Part shown: positions 17,479-26,202 of the stretch, in pieces | Position numbering within the stretch: the first letter of the stretch is position 1 | How the letters are laid out: every line of letters begins with the position of its first letter | From: Verrucomicrobiota bacterium | Lineage (GTDB): Bacteria > Verrucomicrobiota > Verrucomicrobiia > Limisphaerales > CANJXF01 | Direction: 5' to 3' | Assembly: GCA_038214755.1 (NCBI GenBank) | Contig: JBBQRQ010000035.1 | Coordinates: 1 to 45,310, forward strand | Length of the DNA stretch: 45,310 nucleotides | The notes under the pieces: model-generated | What the model was told of the DNA's origin: nothing | Seen by the model: the letters and a program-made list of their open reading frames with translations, nothing else | Databases searched by the model: none | Position numbers and translations under genes: made by a program

Positions 17479-18288
17479 TTAAGATGCGCGCTTTTCAACC
17501 TGACACTTCGCGCACCAGCAAGTCGTGCGTCCGCCAATCGTCGCGTGCCGCAACGTTCCGTCGCAGCGCGGACAGATTCCGCGCTTTTTCCAGCGATAAC
17601 GAAAGAGCCAGGACTTCGGCAAATCGGAAAAATCTTCGCCGACAATTTTGATGGCTTGTTGCGAAACGAAGCGAGTTTTCTGAAACAGAATTTTAAATTG
17701 CGCCTCGCTCAAGTTTCCGGCCAGCGCGCGCGGGTGAATTCTTGCCTGCCATAAAATTTCATCGGCCATCCAGTTTCCGATTCCGGGAAAACCAGCTTGC
17801 AGCAAGAGCGCCGCTTTGATGGGAGCTTTGCCGTGTCGGCGCAAAAAATCTTTTACGAGGGGCAATCTGAATTGTCGGGAGGTCAAGCTGGCCGGGAGTT
17901 TCGACCACCAAATCGGTTCGTCTTTTCCGCGATGGAAAAGGACGCGACCGAATTGGCGAGGGTCGCTGAAAATGAGCGCCTGTTTTTTCTGTAGCAAAAC
18001 CAGGTGGTCATGTTTGAGCGGCGTAAAAGGATTTTTCTCGATTCGCAATTGGCCGGTCATTCCCAAGTGCAAACCGAGCCAGCCATTTTTTGTGAAATGA
18101 AAAAGCATTTGTTTTCCGTGAGCGCGGGATTCGACCAGCGTTGCGCCGAGGAGAGTTCGCGGGAGCAGTTTCGTATCGGTTCCGCGGAAAATTCTTTTGT
18201 CGGCGTGCAATTGGACGGCAACGATTTTTTGTTTCAGGCCGGCGTTCCATTGCTTGCGATAAAATTCCACTTCGGCCAATTCGGGCAT
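17479..18288 (-). CDS. mutM: Fpg/Nei family DNA glycosylase
   Basis: N-terminal MPELAEVE, HLGMTG, DPRQFG, GIGNWMADE (H2TH) and C-terminal C4 zinc finger. Confidence 0.9.
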   Translation of the reverse strand: MPELAEVEFYRKQWNAGLKQKIVAVQLHADKRIFRGTDTKLLPRTLLGATLVESRAHGKQMLFHFTKNGWLGLHLGMTGQLRIEKNPFTPLKHDHLVLLQKKQALIFSDPRQFGRVLFHRGKDEPIWWSKLPASLTSRQFRLPLVKDFLRRHGKAPIKAALLLQAGFPGIGNWMADEILWQARIHPRALAGNLSEAQFKILFQKTRFVSQQAIKIVGEDFSDLPKSWLFRYRWKKRGICPRCDGTLRHATIGGRTTCWCAKCQVEKRAS

Positions 18289-18486
18289 GGCCAAGTTTAT
18301 TTCGAGGTGGCGTTGCGCGCAACCGTTGTCGGTGCTGGTTTTAGCGACACGGTGAAAAAAGAGAGCCGTTCGGCAAGTTGGAGCAGGTGACGAATGGGGG
18401 GTGGACAGCGAACATCTCCCGATAATTTTGCAAAAAAAACTTTATACAAATTTCCTCGTCAAGGTGTCTATCCAGTGAAGGCAAGT

Positions 18487-19026
18487 GTGAACGAATCGAA
18501 TTCCAATTGGTGCGAGTCACTTTATGAAGCGCAGGCGGCGGCCTTGATTTTATATGGTCGCGCGCTCGGACTTTCCCACACCGAAGCTGAAGATGTTTTG
18601 CAGGAAACATTTTTCGCGCTGTTAAAAATGGATCATGCGCCGAACCAGCCAGCGCATTATTGCGTCCGGAGTTTTCGCAATCGCGCGCTGAATTATCGGC
18701 GCAGTCTTTGGCGGCGGTTCACTCGTGAATTGGAATCGCATCGTTGGTTCGAATCGCATTCTTCGGAAACAGCGGTCGAACGTCAGGCCATGCGTTGTCT
18801 GGGCGATCTGCCGCCCGAACAACGCGAAGTCATCGTTCTAAAAATCTGGAATGACCACACGTTTGAAAACATCGGCGAACTTTTGGGCTTGTCGCCGAAT
18901 ACTGTCGCGGGCCGATACCGCTACGGTTTGCAAAAACTGCGAGCCTGTTTAAAAGGGAAAAATTATGAAGGAACAGAACTGGGTGAATCTTTTGCGCAAC
19001 TGGTCACCGCGTCCGCCATCATCTGA
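18487..19026 (+). CDS. ECF RNA polymerase sigma factor
   Basis: AEDVLQETF (region 2); LPPEQREVIVL...TFENIGELLG.SPNTV..RYRYGL (region 4). GTG 18487 start is estimated. Confidence 0.9.
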   Translation: MNESNSNWCESLYEAQAAALILYGRALGLSHTEAEDVLQETFFALLKMDHAPNQPAHYCVRSFRNRALNYRRSLWRRFTRELESHRWFESHSSETAVERQAMRCLGDLPPEQREVIVLKIWNDHTFENIGELLGLSPNTVAGRYRYGLQKLRACLKGKNYEGTELGESFAQLVTASAII

Positions 19027-19456
19027 ATTGCGCGAAAAATTGTTTCCAACGACGGCCTCGGAACGCCGATCTCCTGATCGGCAGGAATCGACTCGCGTCA
19101 ACTTGCCGATCCGGAGATCGGCGTTCCTGGCCGGTTACGGCTCGCACCTCCGATGGAACTGGCTCGCGCCTGCCACAGTTTGCGCTTTGACCATGTTGGT
19201 AATTCTGGGAGGCGGTTCATCTTCGACCAGAAGTTTGGGAAGAACCGACACGAATCTTTTTTTTGCGAGCATCACGATGACGAGCGTCGCTTCGTCCAAT
19301 TCCGAAGGCGGGAACATTTTTGCCTTGAGCAAACGAGATATGAATCTCGAACGAAACGTTTGGCGTGAAGCGATTTTTGATTCGACAAATGGAGGGCAAT
19401 CACCTTCAAGTAAACGCTCTTTGACAGCGATGAAGACTAATGGTTTAACGCGTTAA
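18965..19456 (+). CDS. Putative single-pass anti-sigma factor
   Basis: Overlaps the sigma gene 3' end; LRNWSPRPPS.ELR N-terminus; one TM segment WLAPATVCALTMLVILG. Confidence 0.65.
   Translation: MKEQNWVNLLRNWSPRPPSSELREKLFPTTASERRSPDRQESTRVNLPIRRSAFLAGYGSHLRWNWLAPATVCALTMLVILGGGSSSTRSLGRTDTNLFFASITMTSVASSNSEGGNIFALSKRDMNLERNVWREAIFDSTNGGQSPSSKRSLTAMKTNGLTR
19060..19127. repeat. Palindromic REP-like element inside the anti-sigma CDS
   Basis: 24-bp inverted repeat with one mismatch, GGAACGCCGATCTCCTGATCGGCA / TGCCGATCCGGAGATCGGCGTTCC; same family as the intergenic 14287-14358 element. Confidence 0.85.
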
Positions 19457-19458
19457 CA

Positions 19459-22400
19459 ATGAATCCAGAAAAAACGAACTCGCCCAATCCCGACTCCAAC
19501 AAAAAAATTCCAGCCAAGACGCCGCCCGGTTTGAGAGGCGGCGCGCCGGGATTGCCGCCGACGCCGCCCCTTTTTCGCCGCATCGATTGGATCAGTTTTG
19601 TCATCACCGCTGTCCTGGTTTTCATCGGTTACATGCTGACGCTCGCGCCGGATTTGGGTCTGGAAGATTCAGGCGAATTGGCGGTCGGCTCGTTTTACGC
19701 GGGAGTTCCTCATCCGCCCGGCTACCCGGTGTGGACGATTTATTCCTGGCTGTTCACGGTGTTGGTTCCCATCTCGAACATCGCTTATCGCGTGGCGATT
19801 TCATCGGCGTTTGCCGGGGCGCTCTCCTGCGGATTGATCGCGCTGATGGTTTCGCGCGGCAGCAGTATGATCCTCGAAAGCATCGGCAGCTTGAAAGGCA
19901 TCGAGCGAAAAAAAGAAAACTGGCTCTGTCTGGTCTGTGGTTTTGTGGCGGGGCTGTGCCTCGGGTTCAACGGATTTTTTTGGAGCCAATCGGTCATCGT
20001 CGAAGTTTACACGTTCGGTGTTCTCTCATTCTGTCTCGTGCTCTGTTTCCTGTTGCGCTGGTTGTATGCGCCTCATCAGCGGCGCTATCTGTATTGGGCG
20101 TTTTTTCTTTTCGGCATCAGCTTCACCAATCACCAGACGCTGATTGTCGGCGCGATGGGGATTCAAATTCTCATCATGCTGGCGCAGCCCAAATTGGGGC
20201 GTGATTTGTTTTTCGCGAACACGCTGATTTTTTTCGTGGGGCTATGGGCCAAAGCCACGGGCAAACTCACCTCGTTCGACAGCGCCGACCCGACAAAAAT
20301 AAATCCGCTGTTCACCATTTATGTTTTGATTGGCATCGCCTCCATCATCGGTTGCGTGTGGCTGACCATTAAAACTCAAAAAATTTTGAGCGAGTGGAAG
20401 CCGCTTTTGCTCTCCGGATTGATGTTTGTGGTCGGCGCTTCTTTTTACTTTTACATGCCGATTGCCTCAATGACCAATCCGCCGCTGAACTGGGGTTACC
20501 CGCGCACCGCCGAAGGTTTTGTTCACGCCTTCACACGCGGCCAATATGAAAAGACCCATCCCACCGACAGCGCAGGCCGATTGTTCGAGCAGGTCCGCCT
20601 CTACGTCGAAAGCGCCGGGGAAGAATTTACTTACGTCTATCTCTTGATTGCGTTGGTCCCGTTTTTCTTTTTGCGCCGAATGCAATCGCGCGAGCGCGCC
20701 TGGATCATCGGCCTGGCTGCCATCTGGTTATTCCTGGCGATGCTGCTGATGATTTTGCTCAACCCATCGACCGACAAGCAGAGCCGCGATCTCACAAAAG
20801 TTTTTTTCACCGCCTCCTACATCATGGTCACCATGAGCATCGGCTATGGGCTGGCCATCATCGGCGCGCTGCTCACCACGCAATACGATAAATATCGAAA
20901 ATGGGCTTTAGGCGGGGCAGCCATCGCGTCGGCCATCGCGCTAATCGTTCTGGTTTTGCGGATCGACTTTATTTTCGGCAATCGCACGGACGTCAGCGGA
21001 ATTAATTTGGTCTTCCATGGTTTGGGCCAGGCGTTGAAGCACGGACAAAATACCCTCGATGTTTATCCGGGAGTTTTTCTGTTAACGCTGACCGTCGCTT
21101 TTTTGGTGCTGACCCTTATTTCAATTTCGCGCTTTCGCCTCGGCGCTGCGCTGGTTCTTTTCGCGCTGATGCCGACGAGCCTGATCGTGTCGCACTGGGC
21201 GGACAACGAACAACACGATCATCGTTTCGGTTTCTGGTTCGGTCACGACATGTTCACGCCCCCATTCAATGTGTATCCCGAAATGGCGCGCGATACCGTG
21301 CTCTTCGGCGGAACTGACCCAGGCCGTTTCTGCCCGACCTACATGATTTTTTGCGAAAGTTTTATTCCGCCGGAAAAGAAGTTTGATCCCAAGTATGATC
21401 GTCGCGACGTTTACATCATCACGCAAAACGCGTTGGCCGATGGAACTTATCTCAGCTACATCCGCGCTCATTACAATCGCAGCACACAAATCGATCCGCC
21501 TTTTTTCCAAAACTTTTTCCATCTCCGGGCGTTGGGCTTCCTTGACAGGATTTTTACCGATCTCGGCGCGCGCATTGAAAAACGGCGGCGCGCGGAAGGC
21601 GTTTATCCCCCGAAAGAAATTCACACGCCTTCGCCCGACGATTCGCAAAAGGCTTTCAACGAATACATCGAAGACGCGCAACGCCGCTATCAACTTAATC
21701 AGATGAAGCCGGGCGAAGATTTTCACGTCGAGGGCGGACGTGTTCAGGTCTCCGGCCAAGTCGCGGTCATGAGCATCAACGGCATTTTGACCAAGATGAT
21801 TTTCGACGCGAATCCCGATCACGAATTTTATGTGGAGGAAAGTTTTCCGTTGGACTGGATGTTTCCGAATCTCACTCCATCCGGCATCATCATGAAAATC
21901 AATCGCCAGCCGGTGCCGGAGTTGACGAAAGATATTCTCAGCAAAGACCACGAATTCTGGAGCAAATATTCCGACCGTTTGATTGGCAACTGGATCACTT
22001 ACAACACGTCGGTCAAGGAAGTTTGCGATTTCGCCGAGCGCGTTTATTTGCATCACGATTACAAAGGTTTTATCGGTGATCGAAAATTCGTGCGCGACGA
22101 CAATGCGCAAAAAGCTTTTTCAAAATTGCGCAGTTCCATCGGTGGAACTTACCTCTGGCGGCTCGGACTGTTGGGCGGAACGATTCGTCCGCCGGAATAC
22201 GCGCCGAAGACTCCAGAGGAAAATCAGCGCATGATTCAAGAAGCCGATTTCGCTTTCAAACAGGCGTTTGCTTATTGCCCGTTTAGTCCGGAAGCGGTCT
22301 ATCGTTACGTCAATTTGCTGCTCCCCATGAACCGGCTCGACGACGCCATTCTCATCGTCCAAACCTGCAAAAAACTTGATCCGGAAAATCCGTCCATTGA

Positions 22401-22872
22401 TAACTTATTGGCACAAGTTCAAGGAATGAAAAAAGGTGTAGCGCCGACGCACAACTCACAGATTCAATCGTTGTTCGGCGAAGCGTCGCGGTTCATGCAA
22501 AATCGGCAGACCAACGAGGTCGTTCGCATCTTGAACGAGATTTCTGCGAAGGCGAATAACGATCCTTCCGCGATCATGGGAGTGGCGCAGGCCTATGTGC
22601 AACTGAACATGGTTCAACAGGCCGAAGCGTCTGTTCAGAAACTCGTCGAGTTGACTCCAGACAATCCTGAGAACTGGTATAACCTCGGCGGGCTGCAAGC
22701 GGCCCAGGGAAAAGTCATCGCGACCCAGGCGTTGCAAAAATCCTTTGTGTTGAGCGCGGCGCGATTGAAGAAAGATCCGAAAGCGACCGACTTGAAAAAA
22801 CACGCCGAATCCGACCAGAACCTCGCGCCAATCCGCAACTCGCCGGAGTTCAAAAAGTTGATGGGAAAGTAA
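19459..22872 (+). CDS. DUF2723 / TMEM260-like GT-C membrane protein with C-terminal TPRs
   Basis: EDSGEL, GVPHPPGYP, WSQSVIVEVY and NHQT motifs; many TM helices; TPR-like helices (PDNPENWYNLG). Confidence 0.85.
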   Translation: MNPEKTNSPNPDSNKKIPAKTPPGLRGGAPGLPPTPPLFRRIDWISFVITAVLVFIGYMLTLAPDLGLEDSGELAVGSFYAGVPHPPGYPVWTIYSWLFTVLVPISNIAYRVAISSAFAGALSCGLIALMVSRGSSMILESIGSLKGIERKKENWLCLVCGFVAGLCLGFNGFFWSQSVIVEVYTFGVLSFCLVLCFLLRWLYAPHQRRYLYWAFFLFGISFTNHQTLIVGAMGIQILIMLAQPKLGRDLFFANTLIFFVGLWAKATGKLTSFDSADPTKINPLFTIYVLIGIASIIGCVWLTIKTQKILSEWKPLLLSGLMFVVGASFYFYMPIASMTNPPLNWGYPRTAEGFVHAFTRGQYEKTHPTDSAGRLFEQVRLYVESAGEEFTYVYLLIALVPFFFLRRMQSRERAWIIGLAAIWLFLAMLLMILLNPSTDKQSRDLTKVFFTASYIMVTMSIGYGLAIIGALLTTQYDKYRKWALGGAAIASAIALIVLVLRIDFIFGNRTDVSGINLVFHGLGQALKHGQNTLDVYPGVFLLTLTVAFLVLTLISISRFRLGAALVLFALMPTSLIVSHWADNEQHDHRFGFWFGHDMFTPPFNVYPEMARDTVLFGGTDPGRFCPTYMIFCESFIPPEKKFDPKYDRRDVYIITQNALADGTYLSYIRAHYNRSTQIDPPFFQNFFHLRALGFLDRIFTDLGARIEKRRRAEGVYPPKEIHTPSPDDSQKAFNEYIEDAQRRYQLNQMKPGEDFHVEGGRVQVSGQVAVMSINGILTKMIFDANPDHEFYVEESFPLDWMFPNLTPSGIIMKINRQPVPELTKDILSKDHEFWSKYSDRLIGNWITYNTSVKEVCDFAERVYLHHDYKGFIGDRKFVRDDNAQKAFSKLRSSIGGTYLWRLGLLGGTIRPPEYAPKTPEENQRMIQEADFAFKQAFAYCPFSPEAVYRYVNLLLPMNRLDDAILIVQTCKKLDPENPSIDNLLAQVQGMKKGVAPTHNSQIQSLFGEASRFMQNRQTNEVVRILNEISAKANNDPSAIMGVAQAYVQLNMVQQAEASVQKLVELTPDNPENWYNLGGLQAAQGKVIATQALQKSFVLSAARLKKDPKATDLKKHAESDQNLAPIRNSPEFKKLMGK

Positions 22873-22935
22873 TCGCCGAAGCCTGTAGCGCAGGTTTTTA
22901 ACCCTTGTCATTACCCACAATTCGTCTCCGGCGTT

Positions 22936-23157
22936 TTCAATCTCAAAGGGATTGCATCATCCAGCCCAGGGTTGCGAGGCACGAGCTACCCTGGGTGAAC
23001 CAAACCAAGGGCATCAACCCTGAAAGGGTTGCAGCCGCGGATAAATTAGCTCGCAACGAAATGTCAGATGCAACCCCGTTGGGGTTGAGTAATTTTTTAT
23101 CGCGACCCTCGTGCCTCGCAGCCCTGGGCTGAGTGACACAATCCTTTCAGGATTGAA
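22936..23157. repeat. ~220-bp multi-hairpin palindromic element between convergent genes
   Basis: Terminal hairpins CAATCTCAAAGGGATTG and CAATCCTTTCAGGATTG; inverted repeat 22962-22985/23108-23131; internal AACCCTGAAAGGGTT and CAACCCCGTTGGGGTTG. Confidence 0.82.
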
Positions 23158-23185
23158 GAAACCCGCGTGGAGATGTGGGTAAAGA

Positions 23186-23938
23186 CTACAAAAAAAAACC
23201 CAATTCGTAATTCAAGACCGACAAACAATAAATCGCCGCCGTCTCGCAACGCAACGTCAGCCTCCCCAAAGTAATCGGCAACACACCGGCGGCTTGGATC
23301 GTGAATATTTCTTCAGCGGTAAAATCACCTTCCGGCCCCACCCAAACGCACACCGATTGCGGCTGGCGATTTTTCCCGGCGACAAACGACTCGAAATATT
23401 CGCGCGGATGACGACTCCCTTTTTGCAGAGACGCAATCAACGGCAATTCAAATTTTTCGCGGTGCGCCAAAAAATCTTTTGGACTGATCGGCGCGTCCAT
23501 CTGCGGAAGCCACGGCTGTCCGCACTGCTTGATGGCTTCGTTCGCCATGAGCCGCCATTTCTGCAATTTGTTTTCAACGGATTCGGCCTCGAGATGCATC
23601 GCCACTCGCTCCGACAAAATCGGCACGATTCGCGCGACGCCAAGCTCGGTCGCCTTTTGAATAATCGACTCAAAGATTTTTCCTTTTGGTATCGCCTGGA
23701 GCAAAGTGATTTGACACGGCGACGGTGGAGTAAAAGTTTTTTGCTGAACCAAAAGAGAAACGGATTTAGGCGAAACAGCTTGCGCGACGCAGCGGAATTC
23801 GTGACCCGCGCCATCGAGCACCGCCACTTCTTCGCCGCTCCGCACGCGCAAAACCTGCGCGATATGATGCGCCTCGCGTCCGCTCAACGTCAGCATTGTC
23901 CCGCCGCACTCAGTGGCTGGAAGAAAAAACCGGTGCAT
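23186..23938 (-). CDS. rsmE: 16S rRNA m3U1498 methyltransferase
   Basis: MHRFF, HHIAQVLR, QKATELG, EAIKQC, VGPEGDF and LGRLTLRCETA motifs. Confidence 0.95.
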   Translation of the reverse strand: MHRFFLPATECGGTMLTLSGREAHHIAQVLRVRSGEEVAVLDGAGHEFRCVAQAVSPKSVSLLVQQKTFTPPSPCQITLLQAIPKGKIFESIIQKATELGVARIVPILSERVAMHLEAESVENKLQKWRLMANEAIKQCGQPWLPQMDAPISPKDFLAHREKFELPLIASLQKGSRHPREYFESFVAGKNRQPQSVCVWVGPEGDFTAEEIFTIQAAGVLPITLGRLTLRCETAAIYCLSVLNYELGFFL

Positions 23939-23970
23939 GATTTGAACCTGTCTGTTCCACCGCACTTCGA

Positions 23971-25107
23971 TTACCGAAATAAATTCCGCGCCTTCTCAAA
24001 AAAACTTTCGCTGATTGGATTCACATTCGCATCGCAGAGTTGGCCGAACTCCTCGATCTTCTCTCGTTGCGCGCCGTTCAATCGTGTCGGCACTTCGACC
24101 GTGACGCGCACGTGCAGATCGCCCATGCCGTAGCCTTGCACATTTTTAATTCCTTTGCCTTTGAGCCGAAACGTGGTTCCCGGCTGTGTGCCGGGCGGGA
24201 TTCTGATCTGCGTCTTCTCCGTCAAGCTCGGCACTTCCACTTCCGCGCCCAGGGTTGCCTGCACAAAACTGATCGGCACATCGCAAATTAAATCATCCCC
24301 TTCCCGCTCGAAAATCTCGTGCGGCTGCGCGTGCAACACCACGAATAAATCTCCGGGCGGTCCGCCGCGCGTGCCGGCTTCGCCATTGCCGGAAGAACGC
24401 AAGCGTGTGCCGGTGTCAACGCCCGCCGGAATTTTTAAGTTAATTTTTGAAGTGCGATCCACCCGTCCCGTCCCGTGACAAATCCGGCAGGGGCGCTCCA
24501 CGATTTTGCCCCGTCCCTCGCAACGCGGACACGTTTGGGCGATGCTAAAAATCCCGCGCGAACTGATCACTTGCCCGCGCCCGCCGCAAGTGGCGCAGGT
24601 TTTTTCCGAGGAATTTTTTTCCGCGCCGGTGCTGTCACACGCCTGGCAGCCGTCGCGTTTCGTCAGCGCAATTTCCTTTTCGCAACCGAGCGCAGCCTCT
24701 ACAAAACTGATCTCCATGTCGTAACGCAAATCGGCTCCGCGTTGCGGGCCGTTGGGATCACGCCGTTCGCCGCCAAATAAATTATCAAAAATACTGCCGC
24801 CGCCCCGCCCGCCGAAAACCTCGCGAAAAATCTCCGCCGGATCATGAAAACCTCCGCCATGCCCGAAGCCGCGCCGGCGCGGATCGAAGGCGGCGTGGCC
24901 ATATTGATCGTAAGCTGCGCGGGTGTCGGGATCGCTCAACGCTTCGTAGGCTTCGCCCAGTTCTTTGAAATTTTCTTCGGCGGTTTTGTCCCCCGGATTT
25001 TTGTCCGGGTGAAATTTCAACGCCAGTTTGCGGTAGGCCTTTTTAATTTCTTCGCCGTCGGCGCTGCGTTCCACGCCGAGCACCTCGTAGTAATCACGCT
25101 TGGCCAT
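23971..25107 (-). CDS. dnaJ: Chaperone DnaJ
   Basis: J domain with HPD, G/F-rich region and four CxxCxGxG-type repeats. Confidence 0.98.
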   Translation of the reverse strand: MAKRDYYEVLGVERSADGEEIKKAYRKLALKFHPDKNPGDKTAEENFKELGEAYEALSDPDTRAAYDQYGHAAFDPRRRGFGHGGGFHDPAEIFREVFGGRGGGSIFDNLFGGERRDPNGPQRGADLRYDMEISFVEAALGCEKEIALTKRDGCQACDSTGAEKNSSEKTCATCGGRGQVISSRGIFSIAQTCPRCEGRGKIVERPCRICHGTGRVDRTSKINLKIPAGVDTGTRLRSSGNGEAGTRGGPPGDLFVVLHAQPHEIFEREGDDLICDVPISFVQATLGAEVEVPSLTEKTQIRIPPGTQPGTTFRLKGKGIKNVQGYGMGDLHVRVTVEVPTRLNGAQREKIEEFGQLCDANVNPISESFFEKARNLFR

Positions 25108-25109
25108 GC

Positions 25110-25141
25110 AAAATTAAAAATTAAAAATTAAAAATGCAAAA
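25110..25141. repeat. AAAATTA heptamer array abutting the dnaJ start
   Basis: AAAATTA x3 plus AAAATGCAAAA; a short inverse arm TTTTCATTTTGAATTTGA at ~25185-25202. Confidence 0.7.
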
Positions 25142-25187
25142 TCAGGCTGCGCTTCTGGAGCGAGCGGTTTCTGTGATTTCGAATTTT

Positions 25188-25766
25188 TCATTTTGAATTT
25201 GAGGCGGGCTTTTTCGCCACAATCACCGTGGCGGGACGAATCAATCGGTCGCGCAGTTTATAACCTTTGCGAAGTTGCTGAAAAACTTTTCCCTCAGCTA
25301 CGTCCGTCGTTTCCTGATGTGAGACAGCCTCGTGAAAGTTCGGATCAAACGTTTGTTCGATTGCGTCAATTTCTTCCAGACCCGCGTCGGCCAGCGCGGA
25401 TTTTAATTGGGAATAAATCATTTTCACGCCGGTTTGCAACGAGTTGGCCGAGGCCTTGTTCGTCTCCGCTGCGGCCAGCGCGGCTTCGAAGTTGTCCGCC
25501 ACCGGAATCAATTTTTGCAAAAGCGATTCGTTGGCGAATTTTATCGCCTCCTGTTTTTCGCGGGTCGCGCGTTTTTTGAAATTTTCGTAGTCTGCTGTTT
25601 GGCGCAAGAGCCGGTCCCAATGCTCGTCCGCCTTCGCGGCGCGCTCTTTTAAATCCGCGATTTGTTCCGGCGTAACTTCGATCTCATCGAGCGCGGTGGT
25701 CTCCGGGGCGGGCGACGCGTTTTCCGCGAGGTCACTGTTAATTTGCTTTCCAGTATCGTTCTTCAT
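25188..25766 (-). CDS. grpE: Nucleotide exchange factor GrpE
   Basis: ADYENFKKR, FDPNFHEAV and KGYKLRDRLIRPA motifs; start placed at ATG 25766. Confidence 0.96.
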   Translation of the reverse strand: MKNDTGKQINSDLAENASPAPETTALDEIEVTPEQIADLKERAAKADEHWDRLLRQTADYENFKKRATREKQEAIKFANESLLQKLIPVADNFEAALAAAETNKASANSLQTGVKMIYSQLKSALADAGLEEIDAIEQTFDPNFHEAVSHQETTDVAEGKVFQQLRKGYKLRDRLIRPATVIVAKKPASNSK

Positions 25767-25891
25767 GCTTCCTAAAAATAAGAGGCGAAACATATACAAG
25801 CCATTACCCATCGGCAACTGTGATAACGTTCCAACGAAAATGGAAAACCAAGAACGAACAGGCCGTCTCCTCGCGAGGTTATGCAAAGATT

Positions 25892-26192
25892 TTTAACGCA
25901 AAGGCGCAGCGCGGCAAAGCTGCAACCACACCGGAGCGCCGGTTTGCAACCGGCTTGGCCTCGGCGCATAGACTCAAAGCCGGTTGCAAACCGGCGTTCC
26001 GTCATGGCCGTTCCTTGGACTGCGGCGGCAGGACGCCGCTTTTCCTGTACGCCTCGCTGACCGATGAAGCTCTCGAACTTGCCGAGCCGCTCTCTCTTTT
26101 TCCACCGTGCAGCCAAAGCGGGGACATGTCCCCGCAGTCCAAATTTCCGCCACTTTGGTTGCGGCTTCGTCGCGCTGCGTCTTTGCGTTAAA
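25892..26192. repeat. Nested palindromic repeat composite
   Basis: Outer inverted repeat 25892-25928/26156-26192 enclosing two different REP-like pairs, 25931-26001 and 26015-26142. Confidence 0.82.
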
Positions 26193-26202
26193 TTTTCTAA
26201 AG

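Noticed and set aside
22905..23132. Small ORFs over repeat elements (also 25772-26345, 32493-32771, 38890-39390 and 43615-44076)
   Set aside because: They translate palindromic repeat DNA and show no protein-family features.
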